Shown here in pieces: positions 38,438 through 48,641 of a stretch of 64,000 nucleotides of DNA; the first letter of the stretch is position 1; each line of letters begins with the position of its first letter. The DNA is from Deltaproteobacteria bacterium. GTDB taxonomy: Bacteria > Desulfobacterota > Syntrophia > Syntrophales > JAAYKM01. The DNA lies in contig JAAYKM010000047.1 in assembly GCA_012522415.1 (NCBI GenBank), positions 2,915 through 66,914 on the forward strand, read 5' to 3'. A program made the position numbers and the translations under genes. Under the pieces are notes generated by a model that worked only from the letters and a program-made list of their open reading frames with translations, was not told where the DNA came from and searched no databases.

Positions 38438-38905
38438 ATAGCAACCTCCTGGTCGATGCGGTCATACCGCAAAATAATCGATCCGGTTTCCGTGCGATCC
38501 TCTGACATCGATGCACGCCTTTAACGCAATCTGTTGTTGTGTTAAATACACCCTGAAAATGTTCCACAAAATGTAGTCACTATTTTCTTAATTGGCAAGA
38601 AATCAAGGAGACAGCAATCCTGTTGTATTGCCCGCTTGCCTGAATATGTGTGGGAACCATACACAGAGGAAAAGGGAATGTACGGGATAAGCCGGGATAC
38701 GTAAAATCGAAACGGCACGCCACCCATAAATAACGGGGCGTCACAGCGGGAAAAGCAAAGCAACCCCTTCGTTCGTGAAACCCGTTTTTTGGGGTGACCC
38801 TATGATCCTTTCGAAACAACACCTTCAACAAAATCGTCGTGACCCGCTCGTGTTAAAGAAGCAGCATCTTGGCTGCGTGATATGTCAGAAACGGGCAAAA
38901 CGATA

Positions 38906-39121
38906 TTACTCGAACTGCAAATACTTGAATGAAGCGGTCATCCTTGTCCGGTAGGTTTTCACGACACCGTTTTCAATGGTCACATCCTGCCCTGTAACCT
39001 CTGCGACCCGTAAATCCTGGATACTTTTCGCTGCCGTCGCCACCGCATTCTTTGCCGCTTCTTCCCAGGACACGGTACTGACTCCAACGAGTTCGATCAC
39101 ATCATAAGTGCTTTCGGACAT
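38906..39121 (-). CDS. dodecin-family flavin-binding protein
   Basis: 71 aa: MSESTYDVIELVGVSTVSWEEAAKNAV...VEV..., the typical dodecin length and pattern. GAGGTG lies 7 nt upstream of ATG 39121. Confidence 0.75.
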   Translation of the reverse strand: MSESTYDVIELVGVSTVSWEEAAKNAVATAAKSIQDLRVAEVTGQDVTIENGVVKTYRTRMTASFKYLQFE

Positions 39122-39309
39122 TTCATTCACCTCACCATCATTCCGGCTTCTTACCGTTCAGATTCATTCACGAAATTTTAGCGCACACTTTAAGCACAAA
39201 GGCATGAGGCTGTCAATGCAATTAACCGGGATTTGCCGCTCAATTGCAAATCTGTGAAAAATATCCGGAAGTAATTTTGTCCGCCCGGGGAGGGTCAGCG
39301 ATCAACGAT

Positions 39310-40593
39310 TTACCGTGGCATGTCGGTACGGCAGAAATCCCGAAAATTATTGACTGCGGTGAAAAACTCTCGCATCATGACGACCCAGGCATAGCGACCC
39401 CGATCGGTGAGACGATAATCCTCGCCGGTATAACGGATAGCCCCTATCAGGGAAAAAAGAACCAGATTCTTCCAAAGGTTTTTATAGAGACTGTCGGCAT
39501 ATTTATCCTCCAGATCTTTCACGTGCAGAAACCCGCCGAAAAGACGCATAAGAAAATCATACCGAATCCGATCCCGCAGAGAAAAGGTTCGTGTCGCCAT
39601 TAACGGCAGCTCATTCCGATTCACCTGATCGATATAGGCAGGCACATGGAATGTATTGGCATAGCAGATGCCGTTCAGGTAGCCGATGGCGCCACTGCCC
39701 AATCCCGCGTATTCGTCATAGTCGACAATATACTCATCAATCATAGATCCTTTCCGAGAAAAGCACCACGCGGAAGAAAGCCGATAAGCCGATGCAAGAC
39801 GATGCATAATTTCACGATAAAAAAGCTTTTCATTTCTGTCGCTGATATTTCCCAAAGTAGCGATGACTTTGTGTCGTGTGCTGTCCGAGATCATAAGCGG
39901 GTAAAACGTAACCTGATCGATTTCAATTACCGTCAGAATATCCAGATCATGCCTCAGCATAGTCAGATTCTGAGAAGGGAAATTGAAAATCATGTCCGCA
40001 TTGACGGTGTCAAAAGCTCCCTTCAATTCTTTCAATCGGCTGGCAATGGTTTCGCCGCTGCCGTATTTCTCATAACGATCCATACGTTTAAGCAAATTAT
40101 CGTCGAAACTTTGTACACCGACGGACAGACGGTTGATCCGGGCATCCTGCAGATGACGCACATTTTTGTCGGTCAAATGATTGGGATTTGTTTCGACGGA
40201 AATTTCCTTGACGTCGAAACACTGGCGGACGAACGCCAGTGTTTCCGCTAATTCTTCAATGATCACGGTAGGCGTTCCACCACCCACATAGACGCCGCCG
40301 AACTCATAGCCCGTTTCTCGGTACAGCCCGATTTCTTTTCTCAGTGCGGCAAAATAACGGCGGCAGAGATCTTCCTCGAAAACAATTCGGTTAAAGGAAC
40401 AATAGGGACAAAGCTTCTCACAAAACGGAATGTGCAAGTAGAGAAGTCTGGGCGATCGGTCCAATCCGACCTCCGGAATCCGCAGTTTTTCCTTTCCATC
40501 AAAACACATGGCCGTGCCAAACTCCCGTTTGGCCCGATAAGCAATCATACGATGAATCAAAAGCCCCTCCGCCCTTCTCGTTATGAAATCCAC
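39310..40593 (-). CDS. HemN/HemW-like radical SAM protein (oxygen-independent coproporphyrinogen oxidase family)
   Basis: CxxxCxxC in YLHIPFCEKLCPYCSF, GGGTP and SVGVQSF blocks. The start is uncertain; in-frame candidates are GTG 40593 and two downstream ATGs. Confidence 0.8.
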   Translation of the reverse strand: MDFITRRAEGLLIHRMIAYRAKREFGTAMCFDGKEKLRIPEVGLDRSPRLLYLHIPFCEKLCPYCSFNRIVFEEDLCRRYFAALRKEIGLYRETGYEFGGVYVGGGTPTVIIEELAETLAFVRQCFDVKEISVETNPNHLTDKNVRHLQDARINRLSVGVQSFDDNLLKRMDRYEKYGSGETIASRLKELKGAFDTVNADMIFNFPSQNLTMLRHDLDILTVIEIDQVTFYPLMISDSTRHKVIATLGNISDRNEKLFYREIMHRLASAYRLSSAWCFSRKGSMIDEYIVDYDEYAGLGSGAIGYLNGICYANTFHVPAYIDQVNRNELPLMATRTFSLRDRIRYDFLMRLFGGFLHVKDLEDKYADSLYKNLWKNLVLFSLIGAIRYTGEDYRLTDRGRYAWVVMMREFFTAVNNFRDFCRTDMPR

Positions 40594-40718
40594 CGTCTAT
40601 GCATTCCCCGTCGCCGGACGACGCTTCCCTATCACGAATGACTTGAAACCACAAGATCTTGCGACAACCTTTTATCAATGATATATTGTCATACAACATC
40701 TCCAAAGGAGTGATTTGT

Positions 40719-41285
40719 ATGGCGGAACAAAAAATTTACACCATGTGGACGGATGGCCAAGTGAATGAAGATTCCATCTCCCTCCTCCGTACAACCTGTG
40801 AAGATTTGCCCGTACCGCTCAGCAACGAGGCACAGGGAATGGTTCAAAGGATGGTTGAGACTTTCCTCCTACGGGACGATGGGGTGGGGTTGGCCGCACC
40901 GCAAATCGGTATTTTGAAACGCATCATCGTCTTTAGGAACAAGGGTTTCGACCAAAAAACCTGGTCAAAAAAACCGGAAGATTACGAAGTGTTGATAAAC
41001 CCAAGAATCACCCAAGCCCGCGGTGAACTCGTCAGTGCCCTCGAGGGCTGCTTGTCCTGCCCAGACATCCAGGTGGAGATCGCCCGCTACCCGGAAATAA
41101 AGTTACGAGCCTACGATGCCCGGGGAAACAAAATTTCGAAACGGTACAATGACTATGCGGCCCGTGTAGTCCAGCATGAAATGGATCACCTGGAAGGAAA
41201 ATTGATCATCGATCATGGTGGAACATTGTATTATCCGAAAGAAAAACAGCTTTTTTTCGACAGAATATTCCGGGCGAGCGCGTAA
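40719..41285 (+). CDS. def: peptide deformylase
   Basis: All three PDF motifs are present (GVGLAAPQIG, EGCLS, QHEMDHLEG). ATG 40719 has AAAGGAG 8 nt upstream. Confidence 0.92.
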   Translation: MAEQKIYTMWTDGQVNEDSISLLRTTCEDLPVPLSNEAQGMVQRMVETFLLRDDGVGLAAPQIGILKRIIVFRNKGFDQKTWSKKPEDYEVLINPRITQARGELVSALEGCLSCPDIQVEIARYPEIKLRAYDARGNKISKRYNDYAARVVQHEMDHLEGKLIIDHGGTLYYPKEKQLFFDRIFRASA

Positions 41286-41312
41286 CGCCGGGGCTTTCGA
41301 ATTGCTTCGCGG

Positions 41313-41639
41313 TTACTGGATGAAGTTGAGCAGGGCCTCCGTCACCGGTGCGGTAAAAAGAGAAAGCAGAATCGCAAAAAGAGCAAATGCACCGATAGCC
41401 TCGCTGATGTAGATTTTGTCATAACGGCGCTTCAGAGACACGATCACGAGCGAGCCAACAGACAGGCAACCCAAATGAAAGAAAGGGAATTGGCCCTCCT
41501 CGCAGGTGATGAATTCCATATAGCTAAAGGACGCCGTTATAACCAGGTTAAAAATCGCCACCACCCAGCTCTCCACGGCTTTACCCATGGATCGTGCCGC
41601 ACTCTTTTGCTCCAAAAATTTCAGCAAGGAATCCTTCAT
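41313..41639 (-). CDS. small hypothetical membrane protein
   Basis: 108 aa counted from ATG 41639, which has a GGAGGGAG RBS. It has three hydrophobic segments. I recognise no family, and the longer ORF in the track is rejected. Confidence 0.5.
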   Translation of the reverse strand: MKDSLLKFLEQKSAARSMGKAVESWVVAIFNLVITASFSYMEFITCEEGQFPFFHLGCLSVGSLVIVSLKRRYDKIYISEAIGAFALFAILLSLFTAPVTEALLNFIQ

Positions 41640-41964
41640 CCTCCCTCCGTAAGGTTCTTGGCGGGCAGACTTTCCCAAATTTGCCCCCCCTATAGCATAA
41701 AAGCCCGGCCTCCTACAAAGAAGAACGTCTATCCCATTCAATACACAATGGAGATATTTATTCTTGAAAAGGTCAATCGTTTGTATTAACTTCTGGTAGA
41801 CGTGGTTTTTTCTCATAAACTTTATCGTGTACTTGCGTGGAACCAAAAAGGGAAGATTTCCTTTGCTGTTTTATTCTCCGGAATAATATCGGCCACTCAA
41901 CAATGGGGTCGGAATCCTTGTTGCGCCCCTCCAGGGTCGCCACGCCTGACAGGAGGTTTGAATA

Positions 41965-42384
41965 ATGTTTAGCCAAATTCTTGTGCCAACCGACTTTTCC
42001 AAAAAACACGCCACGCCTCTTGAGATTGCAGTCAACCTCGCAGCAAAACATAACAGCACCATCCATCTTCTTCATGTTGTGGAAATCATTGCAGACACAA
42101 CCTTCACAGAATATGAGGATTTCTACAATAGACTGGAAAGGAAGGCCCAGAAACAAATGAACAATCTCATGGCACAATATGAGAAGAAATCGGTGCAAAT
42201 TCTACCACACATTAGTTACGGCAACCGGGTACAGGAAATTCTGAAATTCCGCAAAGATCATGAGATTGACTTGATTATCATGAATTCCCACAAAGTTGAA
42301 TTGAAGAACCCGATCCAAAGTTGGGGCACCATCAGCTACAAGGTGGCACTCTTGTCTGATAGTCCGGTGCTGCTGGTAAAATAA
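41965..42384 (+). CDS. universal stress protein (UspA family)
   Basis: 139 aa with the Usp pattern (ILVPTDFS...LHV...DLIIMNSH...GTISYKV...PVLLVK). AGGAGG RBS. Confidence 0.85.
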   Translation: MFSQILVPTDFSKKHATPLEIAVNLAAKHNSTIHLLHVVEIIADTTFTEYEDFYNRLERKAQKQMNNLMAQYEKKSVQILPHISYGNRVQEILKFRKDHEIDLIIMNSHKVELKNPIQSWGTISYKVALLSDSPVLLVK

Positions 42385-42397
42385 GAAGGGGTTCAGC

Positions 42398-42775
42398 ATG
42401 TATCGCATATTGATCGTTGATGACGATGATACCCTGCGTGAAGTGCTTGTTGAGTACTTCGAAAGCATGGGCTATGGCGTCATGGAGGCTTCAAACGGCC
42501 GGGACGGCTTGGAAAAGCAGATCCAAAACCCGGCCGATCTGGTCATAACGGACCTGATTATGCCTGAAGAAAACGGCCTGGAGATGATTCTGGAATTCCA
42601 GCGGCGATATCCGTCACTGAAAATCATCGCCATGACAGGAAGCGGACATCCCGGTGCGCTGGAGGACCTCAATACTGCAACCATTTTGGGTGCAGACCGG
42701 ACTTTCCCCAAACCTTTTCAGTTGGAAGACCTGCTGAAAGCCGTTAAGGAACTGCTCATCGATTCCGGTTCTTGA
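42398..42775 (+). CDS. single-domain response regulator (CheY-like receiver)
   Basis: 125 aa with ILIVDDDD, the phospho-acceptor context DLVITDLIMP, and KP near the C-terminus. Confidence 0.88.
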   Translation: MYRILIVDDDDTLREVLVEYFESMGYGVMEASNGRDGLEKQIQNPADLVITDLIMPEENGLEMILEFQRRYPSLKIIAMTGSGHPGALEDLNTATILGADRTFPKPFQLEDLLKAVKELLIDSGS

Positions 42776-42793
42776 TTGAACCTGCGAGGGGAA

Positions 42794-43789
42794 ATGGCAA
42801 CCGAGATAGAAGGCTGGCAAAGTAAAGTTCTTGAGAGGCGAATCAGGCAGTCTGAAGAAGAGATGGCGCTGTTGCGCAGAGAAATAGAGAAATACCATCA
42901 TATTCTCGAAGAGATTAATCTTTTTTACTGTGAAATCTCCCTTGATGGCCGATTTCTTGTCTTCAATCCCCCTTTCTCCCAGGCCCTTGATTATGCCAAT
43001 GAAGAGCTGATCAAGCTGTCGTATGAAGAAATCCTTGACGAATCCTCTCGGGAAACGTTTGGTTCGGCTCTGAAAGAAGTTTTACGGAGCGGTGTACCCA
43101 AAAGACGGTTCGATTACGTCCTGCTTAAAAAAAACGGTTCGCCCCTGAACACGGAAACCTCGATCTTCCTGATGACAGATGAAACAAAACGTCCCGTGGG
43201 GTACCGCATTCTTTTTCAGGATATCACTCGGAGAAAACAGGCGGAAGAACTGATAAAAAAGCTGGCTTTTCAGGATACCCTGACCGGGCTGCCCAATCGG
43301 AGATTGTTTCATGACCGACTTGTCCTGGAATTGGCCCAGGCAAAACGTAATCAGGAACGTTTTGCCGTCATGATGATCGATCTGGACCGATTCTAAGGAG
43401 TCAACGATACCTTGGGGCATTACGTGGGGGATTTGCTGATTCAGGCCGTCGGAAACCGATTGACCAATCTGCTTCGTAAAGGCGACACGGTTGCCCGCAT
43501 CGGCGGCGATGAATTTATTCTGCTGCTCCCGTCATTGCCGGAGGGCGATAATGCATGCCGCATCGCTGAAAAGATCCTGAATTCCTTCGATGAACCCTTC
43601 CTTTTGGAGAATCGTGAAATTCATATCACACCCAGCATCGGCATCGCAATATATCCCGATCACGGGAATAATATGGACCTTTTGCTGAAAAACTCCGACA
43701 TTGCCATGTATGCCGCAAAAGAAGGGGGGAGAAACATGTTCGAGTACTACAGGCAGGACAGGCAGAATGAAAGAGCGTCCGCTGAATGA
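42794..43789 (+). pseudogene. PAS-GGDEF diguanylate cyclase interrupted by an in-frame TAA at 43394-43396
   Basis: The upstream ORF ends ..FAVMMIDLDRF-stop. The same frame continues GVNDTLGHYVGD...RIGGDEFILLL...HITPSIGIA. Together these form one GGDEF domain, with the stop where the conserved Lys of DxDxFK normally sits. Confidence 0.8.
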
Positions 43790-43828
43790 ATTTCGAAAAC
43801 CGAGGATATGTCCAGCTGCAACGCCGTT

Positions 43829-44857
43829 TTATAAGCGTCCCTCTAAAAGCTTCTTTACCTCATTAAACACCGCATTCACCGTTATCTTTTTCATGCAGGT
43901 CATTTCACGGCAAAATTTCCGGAAACAGGGTGCGCAGGAAAGGGGTTCCTGAAGGACGATATGACCCGAACCATAGGGGCCTGTCCTTTTCGGATCGGTT
44001 GGCCCAAACAGGGCCACGACGGGTGTGCCGAGAGCGGCGGCCAGGTGCATCGGCCCCGAATCGGTCGTGACCAACAATGCCGCACGCCGATAGAGTTCCG
44101 CCAGATCTTTAAGGCTCGTCCGTCCCTCCAGGTTGAGCACATTACGCCGGGCGAGTCGCTGAATTTGCCCCAGAGAGGGAGCCTTTTGGCCCGTCAGAAC
44201 GACAAAGATTCCATAGGTCTCGACAATACGATCGCATAGACTGGCGAAACATTCGTTGTCCCATAGTTTCGTGTCCCAATAGGCAACGGGATTCATGGCT
44301 ACAAAAGGGCCCACGACCTGGTGAAGAGCCAGAAGCTCATCCACTTTCTCCTTGTTTGCGTCTCCGATAGCGATCTGAAACACCGGTTCTTCGATTTTGG
44401 CTCCGAGGTATTTCGGAAAATCAAGATACCGGTTCACCGCGTGCTTGTCCATGTCCTCCGTTATTTTTTCACTATAAAAGAATCCACTCAACTCCTGATA
44501 GCTGTCATAGCCGATTTTTCTTTTACCCCGGCAGAGGAAAACGAGAACCGCGCTCTTGAACAGGCCGTGAAAGTCGATCACCAGATCATAATCTCTGACA
44601 CGCAGATCCCTCAGAAATGCCCCCATCTCGCTCAGGGTTTTTTTGAAATGGCCCTTCATGAGAGCCCTCTGCCAGCTTTTACGCCTAGAAACCACAACAG
44701 AATCCAGATCCGGATGACCCAGAATGATATCAGCCGCCGCCTCCTCAACTACCCAGGTGACGTGCGCCCCGGGATAGAGCTTCCTCAATGCAGCCAGGGA
44801 CGGAAGCGTATGAATGACATCGCCGACGGCACTCAATTTGACAATCAGGATATTCAT
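43829..44857 (-). CDS. waaC: ADP-heptose:LPS heptosyltransferase I (GT9)
   Basis: 342 aa. The N-terminus ILIVKLSAVGDVIHTLPSL...VTWVVEE closely resembles RfaC/WaaC, and the C-terminus has DSGPMHLAAALGTPVVALFGPTDP. Confidence 0.8.
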   Translation of the reverse strand: MNILIVKLSAVGDVIHTLPSLAALRKLYPGAHVTWVVEEAAADIILGHPDLDSVVVSRRKSWQRALMKGHFKKTLSEMGAFLRDLRVRDYDLVIDFHGLFKSAVLVFLCRGKRKIGYDSYQELSGFFYSEKITEDMDKHAVNRYLDFPKYLGAKIEEPVFQIAIGDANKEKVDELLALHQVVGPFVAMNPVAYWDTKLWDNECFASLCDRIVETYGIFVVLTGQKAPSLGQIQRLARRNVLNLEGRTSLKDLAELYRRAALLVTTDSGPMHLAAALGTPVVALFGPTDPKRTGPYGSGHIVLQEPLSCAPCFRKFCREMTCMKKITVNAVFNEVKKLLEGRL

Positions 44858-45438
44858 CGTTTCATATCCTCAAGAATCCATTCGACGGCATCGAAGAGGT
44901 CGAGGGCCTGATAGTCCGGGATGACATCCCCGTCTATTGTTTCACCCGCCCCGTATCCTGTCCTCACCAGAATACCTTTCGCTCCCGTATTCCTTGCGGT
45001 CAGAACGTCTTTCATCATATCTCCCACCATATAGGATCGGGAAAGATCAATGCAAAGATCCTGCGCCGCCTGTAAAAGCATGCCGGTCCCGGGTTTCCGG
45101 CACGCACATATTCGACGATAGGAACCGTGACCTTCCGTCGGATGGTGGGGACAATAATAGAATGCATCAATATGTGCCTCTTCCATTCTGAGGTTTGACT
45201 GGAGAAAATCGTGGAATTCACGGATAAAATTCTCCCCGAAATAACCTCGGGCCACGCCGGATTGGTTGGTCACGACAACAACCGGAATGCTCCGGCGGTT
45301 CAGCATACGAATCGCAGCCGCTGCCCGTGGTATAAGCTTCAACTGATCAAACTTGGAGAGATAGCCCACCTCTTCGTTGATTGTGCCATCCCGGTCGAGA
45401 AATACGGCGCGGCACAGTTCTACGGCTGGAGCATGCAT
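44854..45438 (-). CDS. gmhB: D-glycero-D-manno-heptose 1,7-bisphosphate 7-phosphatase (HAD-IIIA)
   Basis: 194 aa with FLDRDGTIN, VVTNQSG, a Zn-finger-like CPHHP..CACRKP and GDMMKD. Confidence 0.88.
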   Translation of the reverse strand: MHAPAVELCRAVFLDRDGTINEEVGYLSKFDQLKLIPRAAAAIRMLNRRSIPVVVVTNQSGVARGYFGENFIREFHDFLQSNLRMEEAHIDAFYYCPHHPTEGHGSYRRICACRKPGTGMLLQAAQDLCIDLSRSYMVGDMMKDVLTARNTGAKGILVRTGYGAGETIDGDVIPDYQALDLFDAVEWILEDMKR

Positions 45439-46481
45439 CGGGCGGCCTCATAGACATCATTGACGCCGATCAGGTCCATACACTGAAAATCCGTCGGACA
45501 GGTGGTCTTCAGGCAGGGACTGCAGGGCAGATCTTTATGAACAACGACACTTTTCTCCCCGGGAGGGGAGGTGGTCACGGGATTGGTTGAACCGAAAATG
45601 GCCAGTGTGGGAACACCCAGGGCACCAGCCACGTGCATCAAACCCGAGTCGTTGGAAATAAACAGGCGGCAACATGAGATAAGCGATATGGCCTCACGTA
45701 AGGTTGTCATGCCCGCCAGGTCGGCCATAGAATGATTGGCGAAACCGGAAACAGCCCGGGTGCTCTCCCGGTCAGCGGCACTGCCGAACAGAAGTATTTC
45801 GGCGCCCAATGTTTCGCTCAACCGATCGGCCACCATTGCAAAGCGATCGGGGAACCATTTCTTCGCGGCTCCGTACGTGGCGCCAGGTGCGATGCCGATC
45901 AATAAATCCCCTTGGGCGGCACCATAAAATCCAAGGATTTCTCCAGCCCGAATGACGTCTTCAGGGGTGAGGTCAAGATGATATTCCCGCCTCCCCCCAT
46001 TGGAGCAACCGAGGGTTTTGACCATTTCCATGTAGTACTCCACCTGGTGAATGCGGCGTATCGCCCGGGTTCGTTTGACCGAATGGGTCAAAAGCGGTCC
46101 CCGCCCATCGGAATTGTAGCCCGCCCGGATGGGAATCCCGGCCAGACAGGCAACGATTGCCGCTTCGATGGCATTCTGGAGCAAAATGGCTGCATCAAAT
46201 TTTCTCGATCTCAATTCTTTCGCGAGACGGAGCAATCCCCTAAAGCCCTCGTGGATACCGGGAGACCGATAGAGCAAAACCTCATCCACATCCGGGCTGA
46301 GAGAAAAGATATCGGCCACCCAGGGTTTGGCTAAAACACTGATTTTCGCCTCGGGAAATGACCTGCGAATAGCCGCCATGGCCGGCAGGGTCATGATGAC
46401 ATCACCGATCCAGTTCGTCCCACGCACCAGAATGTGTTGGGCTTCCTCAATACGACGGGATGTCCGAACAGATATTTTCAT
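45420..46481 (-). CDS. waaF: ADP-heptose:LPS heptosyltransferase II (GT9)
   Basis: 353 aa with ILVRGTNWIGDVIMTLPA... and NDSGLMHVAGALGVPTLAIFGSTNP, resembling RfaF. Confidence 0.78.
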   Translation of the reverse strand: MKISVRTSRRIEEAQHILVRGTNWIGDVIMTLPAMAAIRRSFPEAKISVLAKPWVADIFSLSPDVDEVLLYRSPGIHEGFRGLLRLAKELRSRKFDAAILLQNAIEAAIVACLAGIPIRAGYNSDGRGPLLTHSVKRTRAIRRIHQVEYYMEMVKTLGCSNGGRREYHLDLTPEDVIRAGEILGFYGAAQGDLLIGIAPGATYGAAKKWFPDRFAMVADRLSETLGAEILLFGSAADRESTRAVSGFANHSMADLAGMTTLREAISLISCCRLFISNDSGLMHVAGALGVPTLAIFGSTNPVTTSPPGEKSVVVHKDLPCSPCLKTTCPTDFQCMDLIGVNDVYEAARCMLQP

Positions 46482-47434
46482 TTTTTTCTTGTTGCCTGCC
46501 AGTCGCCTTCAGGTTGTTTGTCCGGATTGTTTTTATATGATTCCGAGCTCGGCACCTGATGCTCTTTGGTTTTCCAGCGTTGGTGAAGCCACAACCACTG
46601 GTCCGGATATTGCCGAATCACACCTTCAATAATAGAAGTAAATCGCTGGGTATTGGTTCTGATATCATCCTCGCTGTTTCCCGTTCGGATGATTTCGACC
46701 TCTTTCCCGATAATCAATCGATAACGTCCATCCGGTTTTCGAATGATGAATGCCGGCATCACCGGCGTCTCCGATTTGATCGCCATCTGGGCCAGACCGT
46801 CGGTCGTGCAGGCCGGTCTCCCAAAGAAATCGGCAAAGACACCCTCTCTCCGAGACACATTTTGATCAATAAGGACGCCCACCACACCGTTTTTCGCCAA
46901 GCAACGAAACATCTGCAGCATGGCTTTTTTCTTGGACACCAGGACATTTCCCCGAGATGTGCGCACATATTTGACAAATCGTTCCAGGAAGGGGTTGTCC
47001 AGTGGCCGGTAAATCATGACTCCGGGAGCAATCAGTGCGGATGCCGCCGCGGCCATCAATTCCCAATTGCTGAAATGGGCACCAAAAAGCAGAAGGCCCT
47101 TCTTTTTTCCCAGCGCCTGCTGTGCCCGCTCCAAGCCTTCGATATCCAAAAGATCATTCAAACGCGACCTGTTCATTTTCGGCAGATCGAAAAATTCTGC
47201 GCAAACGATGGCGAGATTCCTATAGGCTCCTTTCGTTATCCGGATAATTTCCGCCATGGATTTATCCGGAAAAGCTCTAATTAAATTATGTAGAGCGATA
47301 AACCTGTGACGCGGGGAAAGATAATAAAAAAGCCGCCACAATCCGTAAAAAAAAGCCTTGCGTAAAAACAGAGGCACAAAACCAAGATACCGGGAAACGT
47401 TTCGCGCCAAGATATCAGGATTATCCGTATCCAT
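46478..47434 (-). CDS. lipid A biosynthesis late acyltransferase (LpxL/HtrB family)
   Basis: 318 aa with the family pattern (..GAHFSNWE.. and a DQN.. block). It sits within the lipid A cluster with ATGA overlaps to its neighbours. Confidence 0.75.
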   Translation of the reverse strand: MDTDNPDILARNVSRYLGFVPLFLRKAFFYGLWRLFYYLSPRHRFIALHNLIRAFPDKSMAEIIRITKGAYRNLAIVCAEFFDLPKMNRSRLNDLLDIEGLERAQQALGKKKGLLLFGAHFSNWELMAAAASALIAPGVMIYRPLDNPFLERFVKYVRTSRGNVLVSKKKAMLQMFRCLAKNGVVGVLIDQNVSRREGVFADFFGRPACTTDGLAQMAIKSETPVMPAFIIRKPDGRYRLIIGKEVEIIRTGNSEDDIRTNTQRFTSIIEGVIRQYPDQWLWLHQRWKTKEHQVPSSESYKNNPDKQPEGDWQATRKK

Positions 47435-47509
47435 CAGCTGGTTCCGTATCTAGGGAAACACGTCCCCCCTTTCTCATCAATTCAGGGAACGCTTCCGCTT
47501 TCGCCGGTT

Positions 47510-48592
47510 TCACTGCGCTTGTCCCAACTTATCCATAAGCGACGCGATAAATTCATCCTCGCCACCCTGGAAAACCATCTCCACCTGCAAAAAATCAACC
47601 TCCTCCAGGAACATGTGAAAACGGTTGAGTTTTACCCCGTCTTTCTCGGTTGTGACAATCGTATCGGCCTGTTCTTGCCTCGCCCTGTTCTGGATCTCCC
47701 GAATATCCTCCCGACTATAGTCATGATGATCAGGAAAAGGTAGAAAGGCCACCGTCCGTGCGCCAAGCCCGGCCAGGATCTGTTTGAATGCCCCCGGTTT
47801 GGCGATACCGGCGAAGGCACAAACGCGGCGCCCCAAGAGACTCTGGAGCGGCAATTCCCGGCCACTGGCTCCATCAATCAGCGCTACCGCTTGGTGTCTG
47901 GCGCGATACTGAGGGGTTGTGGTTGAAATGGCGGTAACCCGATCTCCAAGCCCCGTCCGAATTATAAGATCCGCTCTCTTTAAGGATGACCCGGGTTCCC
48001 TCAGAGGTCCTGCCGGCAAGACCCAGCCATTTCCCAAAGGCCGGTCCGCATCCAGCAGGACTACATCTACATCGCGTGCAAGCTGCCGGTATTGAAAAGC
48101 ATCATCCAGAACAAGAACATCAGCCCCGAACTGTTCTATCGCGACGCCGGCAGTCAGTGCACGCCTAGGCCCCGTCAGAACCGGAATCCCGGGCAGACGT
48201 TTGGCAATCAACGCAGGCTCATCCCCACAATCCTCCGGCTTCATTAAAATTCGGCGCCCGTCAGACACAATGTTGATAGGAGCCTTCGTTTTCCCCCTGT
48301 ACCCGCGGCTGAGTACGACTGGACGAAAGCCTTTCGAATTGAGCAGGTTGGCCAGATAGATCACCATAGGGGTTTTTCCGGTCCCGCCGACCGTAATGTT
48401 TCCCCCCCCGACAACCCGGCAGGGAACTTTTTTCTGTCGAAGCAGGCCCGTATCAAAGAGAATGTTTCGCACCAGAATGGCCAGACGATAAAACAACGAC
48501 ATCCCCCTTAACAGCAGTTTGAAGGGATGGATATTCATTTTTTCGTTCTCCCAAGCCGCGATTACCGCGTCCTGTATGCTCTTTTTTTTCAT
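47510..48592 (-). CDS. lpxK: tetraacyldisaccharide 4'-kinase
   Basis: 360 aa with the P-loop GNITVGGTGKTP and the LSRGY block. Confidence 0.9.
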   Translation of the reverse strand: MKKKSIQDAVIAAWENEKMNIHPFKLLLRGMSLFYRLAILVRNILFDTGLLRQKKVPCRVVGGGNITVGGTGKTPMVIYLANLLNSKGFRPVVLSRGYRGKTKAPINIVSDGRRILMKPEDCGDEPALIAKRLPGIPVLTGPRRALTAGVAIEQFGADVLVLDDAFQYRQLARDVDVVLLDADRPLGNGWVLPAGPLREPGSSLKRADLIIRTGLGDRVTAISTTTPQYRARHQAVALIDGASGRELPLQSLLGRRVCAFAGIAKPGAFKQILAGLGARTVAFLPFPDHHDYSREDIREIQNRARQEQADTIVTTEKDGVKLNRFHMFLEEVDFLQVEMVFQGGEDEFIASLMDKLGQAQ

Positions 48593-48641
48593 ACTTCGGC
48601 CATCCTTTCGCCTCCTTCTGGATCACCCCCGTCTCTTCTCC

